From contig JAQGDQ010000229.1 of assembly GCA_030141605.1 (NCBI GenBank), positions 294,743 through 358,742 on the forward strand: a DNA stretch of 64,000 bases. Reading direction: 5' to 3'. The stretch is from Tubiluchus corallicola (lineage: Eukaryota; Animalia; Priapulida). A program made the position numbers and the translations under genes. Below the pieces are notes generated by a model. The model made no database searches, was not told the DNA's origin, and saw only the letters and a list, made by a program, of their open reading frames with translations. Below are positions 38,223 through 51,500 of this stretch, piece by piece. The first letter of the stretch is position 1. Each line of letters starts with the position of its first letter.

Positions 38223-40936
38223 GTTGTTGAAAAAGTATTTGTTTTTAAAAAACTCATATTACACCAGTATTTTTTTGCGAGCTTAACTACCCGTGTAATT
38301 TCAAACTTGGTACTTTTGCGGATTGGTCAGATGATTAATTCCATACAAAGATTTTTGAGTTTTTATTTAAGTGCCATGACTTTTTAAATGTAGTTTCTTG
38401 ACTCAAGTATCGGTTAACTTTCCTGACTTCATTTTGCAGTGTGTGCTCAGAAATAGTGAACATTTGTTCTAACTAGATAGTGGCGTTAATTGGTAATTTT
38501 TATTATCACTGTTCTTAAAACTTATGTTTTAGGTAGTAAGTTATGTTTATCTTGCTAATTTATTGAAGTTATGTGCAAAACAAATGCAATTATGTTTACA
38601 AAAGTACGTTGAACAATGTTTGGTGTAGGCTTACAGTAGACATTTGCTAACCTTATATCGTTGAAATTGTCCATGTTTCAGGGTGTTTTCATTTCATTGT
38701 ATCAAGTGCCAACATAATAATCTGTCATTTATAATTTTATTTTGTCTAACATATTTATGTAATTTGTACTTTTGTATAATAAAACAAAAAAAAAATGAAG
38801 GTCATATTATATATGCTGCTCTTAGATTAATGAAAGTCTTAATTGTCAACTACTACATTTCTCACTAGTTATCAGCAGTAATAAATTGAAGGTGTATATT
38901 ATATTCGACTACTATGATAGTACTGTATTTGCAAAGAAAAACCCAGATAAATGATTTATCTTGCTATATTAATATAGTAGAATATATTATCTCTCTATAC
39001 AGCATAACATGTAAAATTTACACATCAAAAATTTATACAAAAATGGGTTTATAGACCCCATGCAGTCAATTCATTTAGTTTTAATTTAAATTATTATCTG
39101 TAAGACAACAGTTGCTACATTAGTAATGTAAAACACACACTTTAACAATTCATACAGTGCTGTTACAGTTGGGAACAATTAGCGTGAGCTTGTCAAGAAA
39201 CTGTATAAAAATTTGATATAACAAAAAATTAAAATTAATGGTAGTTGTTTCAAAAGTGGGTGCCAAAGAGAGAGAGAGTGCGAGTTTCCACAATAATTAC
39301 CAAGAAATGGCCAAAAGTTGAAATAAAGTCACCAGTGCTTCCAATCAACATGAGATTAATAGATTTGAAGTATGTTTAAATATAAAGATTTCTTTTGCCA
39401 AAATAGACTTAACATTTATTCTTTATGATAATAATTGTAGTGAAAGATCACTGGACGTGCTTAGGAAAACCAAATATAACCCTCCCAAATGTAACCTAAC
39501 GTGCCGCTTTGTGAAAGTCATTAATTTTGGCACTATTTTCTGTTATACATGCTCCATACAACAATAAAAACATTTCATTTCTAACTCTACCGTCGATCGA
39601 ACTGATATGTATTAAATGCAGGTAGTAAATGGTTTTTCAATATCTATTAACTACTTTTCAATATCTACTAACAACTACAACAGGTGACATTTATTAGACT
39701 CAGTTGCTTAATTTGACTCAAAAACATCTAGTACGGGCAATTGACAAAAATAACTTCGCATAATTGACTCAATATTTTTCCTTCACATACTTAAAATAAT
39801 ACACTTGTATGTGACCAAAGAGCTTTTACAGCTTTTGTGTAATCTTTCTGTTGTTTTTGCACACTATAATGTACATAGAAACAGTCATATTAAGTACAGC
39901 TCTGTAAGCGTACTTGTTTGTCATGCGCTAATATGCTATGTAGCTGTTATGCTTTGAATTTGTCACCCGCTCATCCACGGCAGTTAACGGTTAACCTTGT
40001 TTCTGGAAAATAAAGATCTAATCACTTTCCCAGCGGCTTGCTTTTGAAGCTTACTGCTTTTTACAAAGTCATCACGGACTGCAGCTCAAGCAGTAGCTGT
40101 TTTGTGTAAATGTATGTACAGTACAGAGCAACAGATTTTCGGCGTTTATCAATTATCAATATGAGAATTTCATAAACCAACTTCTTCGGGAAGAAATGAA
40201 TTGCACGAATTTTTGCAATTTTTAGTGATAATATTGTGCGGTTTTTTATTTTCTTTTTTTTTATTAATTCTCATATAAATTATAGTATTCTTAAATAATT
40301 GCACATAATAATTTTGGCATTCGTTTCTAAAATCCATTTAAAGCCTTGTAGTGCATACAAAGGTGAAGAGTGATGAATTATACTTCTACAGGAGTAACAT
40401 GCAGGCTATCAGTGATCATTAGTGAAACAAACTACAGTAATCTCCACGTAATTCGAATGTCTAGGGGCCAAAAAATCTGTCCGAGTTCCGTGATAAACTG
40501 AGTTTGGCAAACATGTAAATTCGTGTACATTTCTCGACTTCTCGACATTTCTCAGTCGGAAGCACTCTATGGGATTCCTTAGAACTCTATGGGATTCCTT
40601 AAGAAACAAGGCAAGTTACACGTGACACATGCATAAATATGCTGTAGTATTTATTGATTAGTTCTCCCAATGCTTTGCACCCCACTGACAGGATAACCAG
40701 GAAAGAGTGCATTCATTGCATTGACAATGTTTCTGCATGTCCTAAGCAGAGCAAATACACTGAGCTTTGAGTAATCTTGTCCATTAAAAATGCCGAATTC
40801 AGCGATACCGAATTTTGCGTTGGCTTTAAGCAATAGGAGCATTATTGTAGAAACAAATCCGTTCTACCAAATTAGTCTGAAATGAACAATATTCCGAATT
40901 ACACAGAACCGAATTATGCAGCATTTGCTGTAGATG

Positions 40937-42454
40937 CTACTCTCCTTTTTCACGCAGGGAAGGAAAACGGACAATGCGCAACTGACTCCCATAATCGCAT
41001 GCGATCACATTGCTGCTCAGTATATGAATGTGACGAACAAAGACAGCACTATCCGACGTTCCCAAGCGTATGATACGCACCATTTTTGCTTCAAAGATGT
41101 CCCATAGTACCAGGGACCCTCGACTGGCTATGACTAGAAGCCTATTTGATAGCATTTGTATGCTGCTACAGAATCCAGATTCCAGTGTTATCTTATGCAA
41201 AAGAGTGCCACTGATGCGCTCCCAAATGTGCATGCGGTCGTCCAATCCGATGCTGACAATGTGTTGAGTGGAACTTGCTAGTGCCGTAACGCCGCCACTA
41301 TGACGCTAAATGAGAAAAAAGAATGTTGATGGCACTCGGTCTAAATCGGACGACAGGAATTTACAACAGGAAATGTTTGAAAAAAATAACACAACAGCTA
41401 AGCGAGAATAAATCATTTCACTAAGATGTGACCCAGTGACTTCCAGTACACAGTTTAAACAATTTTTTAGTCTAGAAAGGGCACATTAGTAAACACAAAT
41501 GTATCGAGAAAATGTCTTTCTTTTATGTTATTATTTTCGCATTCTATTCTCACTAAACTTGCACATTTTCATAATTTAGTCAAGCATGGCCATATGTGTT
41601 TTTCTACCCATTTTATTAATATATGTCACATTTTTGGATGCCAAGTTAAATTAAAATGAGTTTATAGGATTTTTTATGATTTGCATTCTTGATTTACCCG
41701 TAAACAATAGTTTTTAGGAATAAAATTTCAAAAGTAGCATCTTGTTCTATCCACCTACCTGCAACTGATGTACACACGCTCCCGTCAGTAAATCCCAGAT
41801 GCAAATGCATCCATCTTTGGATCCGCTTATCGCTGCCAGTGGTGCCACATTATCGACACACAAGGTAGTGATGCCGGCTTTGTGACCATGTAAAGTGTAC
41901 AGACAAAGTGAATCTTCGAGACGGAAAATTTTTAGCGTTGAGTCGTCGCTACCAGAGATCAACCTTCCAGCTTCAGTCTGAAGAACTGCAAAACAAGTTC
42001 ACGTTTAGAGCGTTTAACACCAGCAATCATTTAAATAAATTTATTTTTAATGATGTGAAATAAATGATGTATAAAACTGTATGTGAAGTTTTAACAAAAT
42101 CATATATTGTGACTGATCTGTATGTATGTGTACACCAGACAAATGCAAGTTTAATAAAAAGTAATTCAAGTAAGCTAACGGTCACATGCATGTACTGTTG
42201 CATGGTCCTACCCTTGACAGGTTCGTCTTCTGAGGGTTGATGGCAGCATGGCCCCGCCATGGGGATGCTGATAGATTGTTGTATAATTTGGTGGCTGCAT
42301 GAGTGCTGCATAATTTGCACTCAAAGATAAAAAACAAAAACTAAGATCTGGAGCTCAAAATGGACGACTTTAACCGCAGACAAAAACCTAATGACAATGT
42401 TAAAGATCTAGAAAAAGTCAACTTGGCAGGCAGACAGATCACAGGTGTGAAGTG

Positions 42455-42506
<52 letters not shown>

Positions 42507-45500
42507 GAATTCTGACAACTGGCATCACACATGGCTGGCCTCTTTATAATTTTTTTCTGCACAGGAAGCAGGTGGCTCAACCAGTCGCAGGCTGTTTTAA
42601 TTCATCAATCAAATGTGGATCTACACATGGATGCGTGTAGGTTTTGACTGCCTGTTACCTATGCATAAGGTTAAACGTTAACATAAGCATGGTATATTCA
42701 CACCTATGCAACTCAGTACTTTGCAAATGATTCGTCAGCGTATGGGCAAAACACAAGAAGATTTCATTCGGTATGGTGATTCTGGCTGTTTGCTTCACAA
42801 AAACGAGAAGATATATACATAAGTGTCACTAAGATGCCGCTGCTGGTTCAGTGACTCATCTAAGAAGATGTGCGTTGATAATAAGCCAGTCCTTGATCTT
42901 GCTACAAACATCAATGTTAAGTAGGCCCAGTGATTGTAAAGGGTAAAAAAACTACGGTACGTGTGATACAACATGGTGATACATCAATTTCATACAGCAC
43001 AGAAATATGCAAAAAAGCAGTCAAAACCTACTAAAAGTTTGTAAGCAATTAATATTAGACAGGCTGCTGTGTTTGAAATAAGATGTACAGTCAAACCTCA
43101 TTATAACACCTCCCTTTCAGGGGTGTACTTTATGGTGCCCTAAGCTGATAGTTCTGTGCCACCCATCTCTATTGTGAATTTGTGGTGTATTAGAAACACT
43201 AATATACCTTGCACCTGCTCGTTATGTGGTACTTATATAAAAACTGCATTCAGTAACTGCCCATGGTGTGTTATAAAATGCGCCATTTACATATGTGTGA
43301 AAGTATACACATTTTCCAAGGAGAATAAGATTTTTTCTAAAACGTGATGCCCTCAAACTTTAGTTAGGCTAGTTAGCCTATTGGTTAATATGCCCCTGCT
43401 CCCTTTACACTGCCAACTCACTTAATTCCTAGATTTTTAGCAAAACACAATATCTATATTTGCATAGACATGTATGTATTAATGTATCACGTTATAATGC
43501 CAAATATGCTGTAAAGCAAACTTTTTTGCAGTCCTAAAATAGGCAGTATAAAAAGGTTTGATGCACCCTAGACTGTACTAAAAAGGCAAGCCTTTGCAAA
43601 CAGGGCTATAGCTAAATCATTTATCTACTGAGGCAATAACAGCTAGGGTGCATTGGACAACCAAACACCAATATGGTATATTTCCTGCATTTTAGAAGAC
43701 TTTTGCAGGCCTTTTAGCAACTAAATTTCAGAATTTGATAAATCTGAAATGCTAATTTTATCTGTCTGTTGATGTAAGACTAACAAGCAACAACAACTCT
43801 AGAAACCAGCTTTCCGAAAAATAACAAAAAAGTTTTAAATTGGAAAATTTAGTTGTATTAGCTCACATAATTACATGCCTGTAATAAGTTTTTGATGTGC
43901 CAGTGTCGAATGGATCAATGTGCAACGTAACATGCCATCCCAAGATGGCAAATCTGCTGTGTGAGAACTGCTTGTACCAGTGATAGCAAAGCGAGTACCT
44001 CTGGCTCTCACAATAGTGCTGTTAACAGAACCTGAAACATGTTGAAACCATAATAAGTCAAAGCATTCTCTTCAAAGGTAAGTAGAGGTAAAACAATGCT
44101 TTCGTCTCCTCGATCCAGCTTTATTTTGGGAGCTCCTTAAACGTTTATGATGATCACAATATTTATTTACGATCTTTATTGCTCTTCGACAAGAATAATC
44201 ATCTATGTATTATTATTTTATAACGTGTGTAAATTAAAACAAACAGTACAGAACAAATAGTCAGTACAGTACCTGAAAAAGCATCTCCTCAAACTAACAA
44301 CTATTTTTTAAGCAACATAACAAACATATAATAATCATGATATCTACTGACATAACTTTCGTGTCATATAAAATTGAAGCCTGGATAATTTGTGCTCAAG
44401 CCCCGACCAAAATACTAATCAGATGGCTGTAAGTTAGGCTGGGTTTGGCTTTCTAAGATGTCGCAGACAAAGATGAGTTAACTTCAAGCTTTCTAGGGAT
44501 GTAAGTGACGTATCAACTGCGAAATTAATTCGCACAGTGTATGCAACTAGGGATGTTAACGATAACGATACGTATCGATAACCGTATCAATGTTTTTATC
44601 GTTATCGTATTGAATTTTGTGCTCACCTTTATAAAATCATTTCACTTTCCTTTTTCATTTATGCACTAAAAATACGTAAAAAAACTTGGGGGAAAAGTAG
44701 TTATCTACAAGGTTGTTTGAATACTCTTGTACTTTCTTCCTCCAACAGTGGCTGTCTTTACTCGGTTTAGTGACATACGCGGCACGAATGCCAAGTGTAG
44801 TATTTTTGGAGGAATTTTCCCAGTTATATTAAATATAATATTAGTAACAGCTTACATGTTAATATTTTATGAATAAACAAAGAAGAGAACTTCGTCGTAA
44901 ATTCACTTATCTCTATATATTAACTGGGAAAGAGCCTGCAAAAATAAGACGTTGCATCACAATGCGACACTTTGGCAATAACTAACCACACATTCAATAC
45001 AGTCTTTAGCGTTCAAAGTAAGTTATAGTACCCTATCATATCGTCCAAAAACAGATTATCGCTATTGCATCGCTGGCAAAAAGTATCGTATCTTATTGTT
45101 TTTGTATCACCAAATGTGTATCGTTTAACATCCCTGTATGCAACCTTTGTCTACACGACATAGAACATTGGCAATAGCAATATACAAAACTTGCATTTAA
45201 CTTACTTCATATTTAAAAAAGCTCACGCGATCACCAGAAAAAATGCATTTTTCTTAAATCGTTTTTAAGTTCCAAAAATGTTTAATATGTGAGCTAATAT
45301 CGCATTATTTCATAATACTTACTTGCCAGACAATTTCCAAAAGTCTCAAGTTCCAGAAAATCAATAAAGCCATTTGCTTGTGCCACTATCACCTTCCAAT
45401 CAACCATACAAATGTGAGTGACACCGCACTGATGCCGACTTTTGTAATGGCATCTCAGCATTCCAGTCAAACAATCCCAAAACTAAAATAATATAAAAGC

Positions 45501-48500
45501 TTAAAATGTCACGATTAGATGTAAACTACAAGAGTATATCAAACTATTAAAGCAAAACCAGACCCAATCTTAAAGTGTAGATCAAAGCAATCTACTCTTT
45601 AAAATATTGAAAGGAGACATTCCATTTTTTTCACAAATGACTTACATGAAAGAATCATTACCACACAAATGCGATTTCGCATCCGCACCACTAGTTCTTC
45701 TCTGTTCCATGTATTTCGCCATTCACTGGTTAGACGGGCACTAGCGCCTGCATTATGGAAATGCATTGCACAGAAAACAGGTGCTGTACCTGCCAGTTCG
45801 TATGTGTTAGTTTCTGATGAACTACACACGTTCGACAGCTTGTGCGTGAGAGGCAAACTTGAAATTTGAATTTTTATCTTAAAACTTGGCTAGTTTTAGT
45901 ACTACACACTGAATATCTTACCTCTTACAGTAGCACTGTACTATAATTTTTGCTTTTGCAGATATGTGCAACATGCTCGTGGAATATATTTGCTATAGAA
46001 AATTATGTTAGTTTGTGATGTCAGGCTTGCCCACCGTTAATTAAGTTTTTAATCTATTATTTAATTATCAGAAACGTTTATGCAGTATTAATTGTGTTAA
46101 AATGTATACTTTTTATCGGACTTGAAAATGGGGTAGCATATGAAAAATCATCCTGTTTTCCTTTAACAATAAGAAAAATCATATTTATTTATATTAGCAT
46201 TTAATGGTGTCCACAAGTTTTTAGACGGTAGCTTTTATAACACAAATTAATTCTTTATGACAAGAATACCGACAATAAAAACACAGAAGCACACCAAGTT
46301 AAAAAGACAGAGGAGAGACAGAAGTTTAAATTGGCTAGCCAAAAGTCAAAGAACAGATTGGGACACAACAGAAACTGCTGTGTTTCTGCATTAATTCTAC
46401 ATGCTGTATCATTTTTACATATATTTACATGTTAACAATATAAAAAGTTCCCACAAAAATTTGTATTAATAATTCCATGTGATTTTTTGTTCGTTCTTTT
46501 CACCTGAAGGTAAACTATAGCGGTACTTTAAACAGCATTTTTCTTTCCTTTTCTTGCTTTTTATTTGTGTGATTGTTTTTAATTCAGTACTTATAAATGC
46601 TAAAAATTGTTACAAAGAAAGTATTCACTTCATATGTACTATTACCTCTATATTTCCATTGGCACAACCAACTGCAATTAAATTCCTATGGCAGCACAGA
46701 CTCCAAACTGGTGATGCCTGGTTTCTACCATGACTGGGCAACTGATGAAAGCGAGTATCATCACAATCACTGCCTACACTCCTTCTTCCATGGGAAATGG
46801 TGGAAATCTTCTGCATGTCATTGGACGCAACAGGAAGTGGGATAGGCAATGGCACCGTTTCTGAAAAAGTTCAAACAAGATTACGACAAGTTCTCAGGAT
46901 TAGACACAGGTAACAGCGCTACATTACAGATGTCACTCAAAAATGATCCAATACTGCAGTGTCAACTACAACTAAGATCAAGACTAAGAAAAAGTGGCAA
47001 ACTAAAATTAATATATGTAGTCTCTTTGCTAAAACGTAATTAATTAGACAAGCAAGTAGAGTGGTCTCAGTGTGTGCATGGCAACAAATAAGCTAAACAA
47101 CGCTGAGCCTGCTTAGTAGATATATGGGTGATCACAGGAAAAACATCTTCTGTTCAGCTGGTTCTGTCATATAATCTTTGGCCATTTCTTTGAATAAAAC
47201 ACAATGTACACAATCCTATGGTTCAGTGTTTTATCTTACAGGAGTACCCTTTGTTTGAGTGACGGGAGACTCAAAGTGTATAAAAAGGCAAAATTTGCTA
47301 TTATTAGTAAAAATCTCGGCATTAAGACAAGGGAATTAGTTTTTTTTCTACACGATTATGGTTGTTTTCATGCCCCTTTTAATACAAAGCGAAAGTCAAA
47401 TTTTTAATAAGGTTTCGATACATCATCATCATTGCCGCCAACATGATGATGATGATGATTATCATCATCATCACTGAGCAGGCAGAATTCTGAAATTAAA
47501 AAAACTCTGCCCTCAAAGATAGATAAACACAGCAATAATTCAGCAAAAAAAATCTAGGCAACGCTATGCCAGTTGTCTGCACCACTTCCGATTACATAAA
47601 TGCTTATTAATAAATTAAAAATGCATTTGCTGATAGCTTACAGCCAGCTGAGACTTGCTGAATAAAACTGATCTTTAAAACAACAAAACAGGCACTTCAA
47701 GAAACTAACAGATACAGGGAAAATGCACTTTTTGTTGCACATAGTAAACAGTTTCTGTTTTTTTCTTGATCAATTTTCTATCAAAAGGTTATAGAGTAAC
47801 ACAGTTAAATCCTGCATTGCCTATTACACAGTCACACATTATTCTACAACAATTACGAAATATTACCCCTTAATTTTAACAGCAAAAACTTACTGTATTT
47901 CGTGAACCATCAGAAAATGTTGCAGGTATTTAATTATCATGTTGATTTAATCAAAGGGAAAAATATTTCACGTCTCGGATTAACTCCCAGAAAAATCATT
48001 AATTTTATTTGCAAAAATTTTAGTTCCATTTATGTGCCTTAGCTAAAACACTTGCAAATGAATAGTTGCACGAAAGCACTGAAGTGTTGTGGAAACTGGC
48101 ATCAAGTTTGCTGGATGGTTCTGTCGATTTTAACACATTTTGAAAATTGGCATCAACGCCATGTTGATCCTTAAGGCCTCATGTCTGTGTTCAGCTTTGA
48201 GCTTCCCCATACCAAATATTCCACGAGCATGGCAAAAGATACAACCTTTGCAGATTTTCACGAAAGTATATTACAGAATGGTGGTCTGATATCAGGAAAA
48301 ATTAAAAATAAGTTCAGAAGTTAAGTACGAATTACATATTTCTTCCACATACAACAATACCACACCTAAGTTTAGAACAATTTTGTCTTCAACTAATGGG
48401 TGAGCCCAAAGTGATGCTGCAAATTTTTAGACCACTACACCTCATAACTGATTGTTTACGGTTTTGGACAATCGAAAGTTATTTGTCTATCAAATTAGTT

Positions 48501-51500
48501 TCCAAAGAACTAATGACAAAGTCAATAATCCAGAGACAAGTGTTATGTCCTTGAGTAAACTCTGGTGAGTTTCTACGAAGAGTCAACAGTTTTTTCACAA
48601 AATTTTGATTAGTTTCATTAAAAGGCACATTTTTATACACATTAAAAATGGCTGCAAATGAGTAGTTGCATGGCGTTTCGGTGTCGTTGTGGAAATTTTC
48701 AACAGCGCCGTGCAAGATTGCTATTCCTGGGCAGCTTTGAGCTTGTCCGTACCAAACATTCCACAAGCAAGGCAAAATATACAACCTTTGTGGATTTTCA
48801 TGAAAGTACCTATTACAAGTGAGCTGGTCTGATGGTCTGGTGTCAGGAAAGATTCTAACAATTTCTGTGTTCCAATTTGATTTACGCATTTTTTCCAAAT
48901 CCAACAAAACAACACCTGAATTTAGACCAAGTCCATTTTTAATTAGACTGCTAGCCCACGAGATATTTGTCAGAGTTTTCATTCGCTGGTATTCATAAAA
49001 AACTTCATATGGCTTAGGAAAATCAAAAGCTAGACCCATCATTTGTGTTTCAGTCATCTGGTCAAAGTGCCTCCAGAGTTGTTCTAGTGGTTTTATTATT
49101 ATAGTATCCAAATCAACAGCTACAATTCTTTTAACACCAGGCAAAACGCGTGGTAAGAACAACCATGCCGTATTGCAGCTCCTTCTTCCCAAGTTCAACC
49201 ACATTTTATACTTTTCACTGCGAGGGTACCACGGTTTGTAGAAATCGAACAGAAAATGCTTTAATGTTAAGAATTCGTGCAGAATTTTGGTTAACTTGTG
49301 CTTCGTATCTTTTCTGTCAACGAAAACATGGTAATGAATCAGCTCTGATGTGAACATAAGTGACGACTTTATTAACACATAGAACTCTTTTGAAATTCGA
49401 GTTTTTTTGCTACAGGCTGTTACAGACATGTGGAATTTCACTTTTGATAAGCTTGTATCATCAGCACGAATAATTCGAGTTCTAGTATTAATCACTTTGT
49501 CAGCTGCAAGAGTTATTACGCTATTTTGTGAATACGCATTATTACTACGCAGCATTTCAGAGTTTTTAATCCTTTGCAGAATTACGTAGTAAAATAAGAG
49601 GGAAAAAATGAACACTGCACATACAAAAATCAAATAGTACACCTTGCGTCTTTTCATAGTAATGTGTCAGCTGTTGAGCTACTAATCGCTTATACGTTAG
49701 ATAAGTGCATACACAACACAAGGAGTGTATTACATTGGTAGGAGTCAATGGAAATGAATACGCAATGTCACCATCATTACTATATGTTAGATAAGTGCAT
49801 ACAACACAAAGTGTATTACATTGCCAGGAGTCAATGGAAATGAATACGTAATGTCACCGTCATTACTATATGTTAGATAGGTGTATACAGCACAAAAAGT
49901 GAGTTTTATTGCTGGGAGTCATCGGAGATGAAAGGGAAACAAAACAGGTTTCTCTTGGACACCTTCAAGCTGGACTGGCTCATAGCATTAAATCATGGTG
50001 CCGCACCTAACGACTTTTCAGGTTCAATTAATCACATTGCAATATAGAGGTCAGTGAACAAAAACCCCAAGGATATCTTGAATGCTTCATAGTTCTCACA
50101 GGTGTGGTAGTAGTATATATATCAAGTGAAAAATCAAGTGAGAGAATAGTAAAATTTGGCAAACATGATTTGTACCCAATAAAATTTGGCAAACATGATT
50201 TAAAGGAACATGCTGCACATTCAGTAAACTGTATGGGTTAATTAACTGGTTGAGTAGTTGGGTTGGTTTGGTTGATATGTTTTTTACAATCTTTTCTTAC
50301 AATATAATATTTAGGCTATTCGTACCTAACTTAAACACAAGAAATCTGATAAAAAGTAATGCTATGTAGAAAATGCATGCATTTTAGACATTGGTGGATT
50401 AGTAGCATTAAGTGGCATTTACCTAGCATTTATTATTATTATTATTATTATTAATTATCATTTTATTCTTAATTTCAGCTCGTAGACATAGTCTTAAGCC
50501 ATAAAAATACAATAATTACAAAAAAAATAATTATAAAACATAAACTTACATTTTACATAACTTGATAAATAGGAAGAGAAAGTAGTTAAAAGATTTACGT
50601 AAATGGCATGCATTAAAATTACATTCCAATACATAATGCATTGTTATTCGTTATCCACCTGCTGAACAGCTATATATAAAAGTCAATAGGAAATACCAGC
50701 AGAAAAGAATAACGCATACCGCAGCTCTGATAAATGGGTGCATCGAAAACATTATAAACCAATTTTACGTACTCCGCACAATGCATACACATTTTGGATG
50801 CCAGGTAAATGTCAGTTTAGTAGTAGATATAGCCATTCTAATAATTAACAGTTGGGCAGTGTTGTGATAAATAACATGGTGAATTGATGCAATAGAATTG
50901 ACAGCTTCGAAATCGGAATATAACTTCTTTACTAAATTATGTTCTTTGTGTTTTTACGTTAAAAAGACAAACTACTCACAGCCACAGCTGGTCGAAGAAT
51001 GAAAACAGTAATGTAAAAATTACAATTTATTGTCACAGAGTTGCACACACAAAAAATTTCCATCATGTCTTCACTAACATTTTGTAGAAAAATTAGTAAC
51101 AGTGGGAGCTAAACAGATTACATTTTCAGAAAAATGACTAAATTGCTAGTAATTATAAAGACAACATAACGAACTCTTCCAGCTAAATATGTTACTCAGA
51201 TTGGACATAACCTGCAAAACCCCAATCAAAATCATGCACAGAGACATAAGTTCGAAAAACTTGTAAGAATAAAGTTGCCTAACAGCTGGGTTGATGGACT
51301 ATTTGGTTGAGTTCCGGGATAAATATCGTGACAGCCTTTATTTGATTATAATTTTTCTGTTTTTAACACAAAGTTTAACAGCATACGTTTTACTAAAATT
51401 AAATCGCAGCCTAACAGTCTAATATGTGAATGATGCACTTACCCGCTGAATACAGTAAAGTAGCACCAATGTTACTTCGATGCAGTAACAGTGCATGTCC

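Noticed and set aside
33180-38257. Antisense and alternate-frame ORFs overlapping the zinc-finger, SCAP and GT8 exons
   Set aside because: Shadow ORFs of real coding sequence with no independent features.
40564-40605. 20-bp direct duplication in the SCAP 3' UTR (and a similar one at 50151-50201)
   Set aside because: Ordinary slippage duplications with no further structure.
49657-51443. In-frame SCAP-GT8 fusion protein by alternative splicing
   Set aside because: The nearest acceptor (caacag at ~49671) joined to the phase-1 SCAP donor gives an immediate TGA, out of frame with the GT8 ORF.
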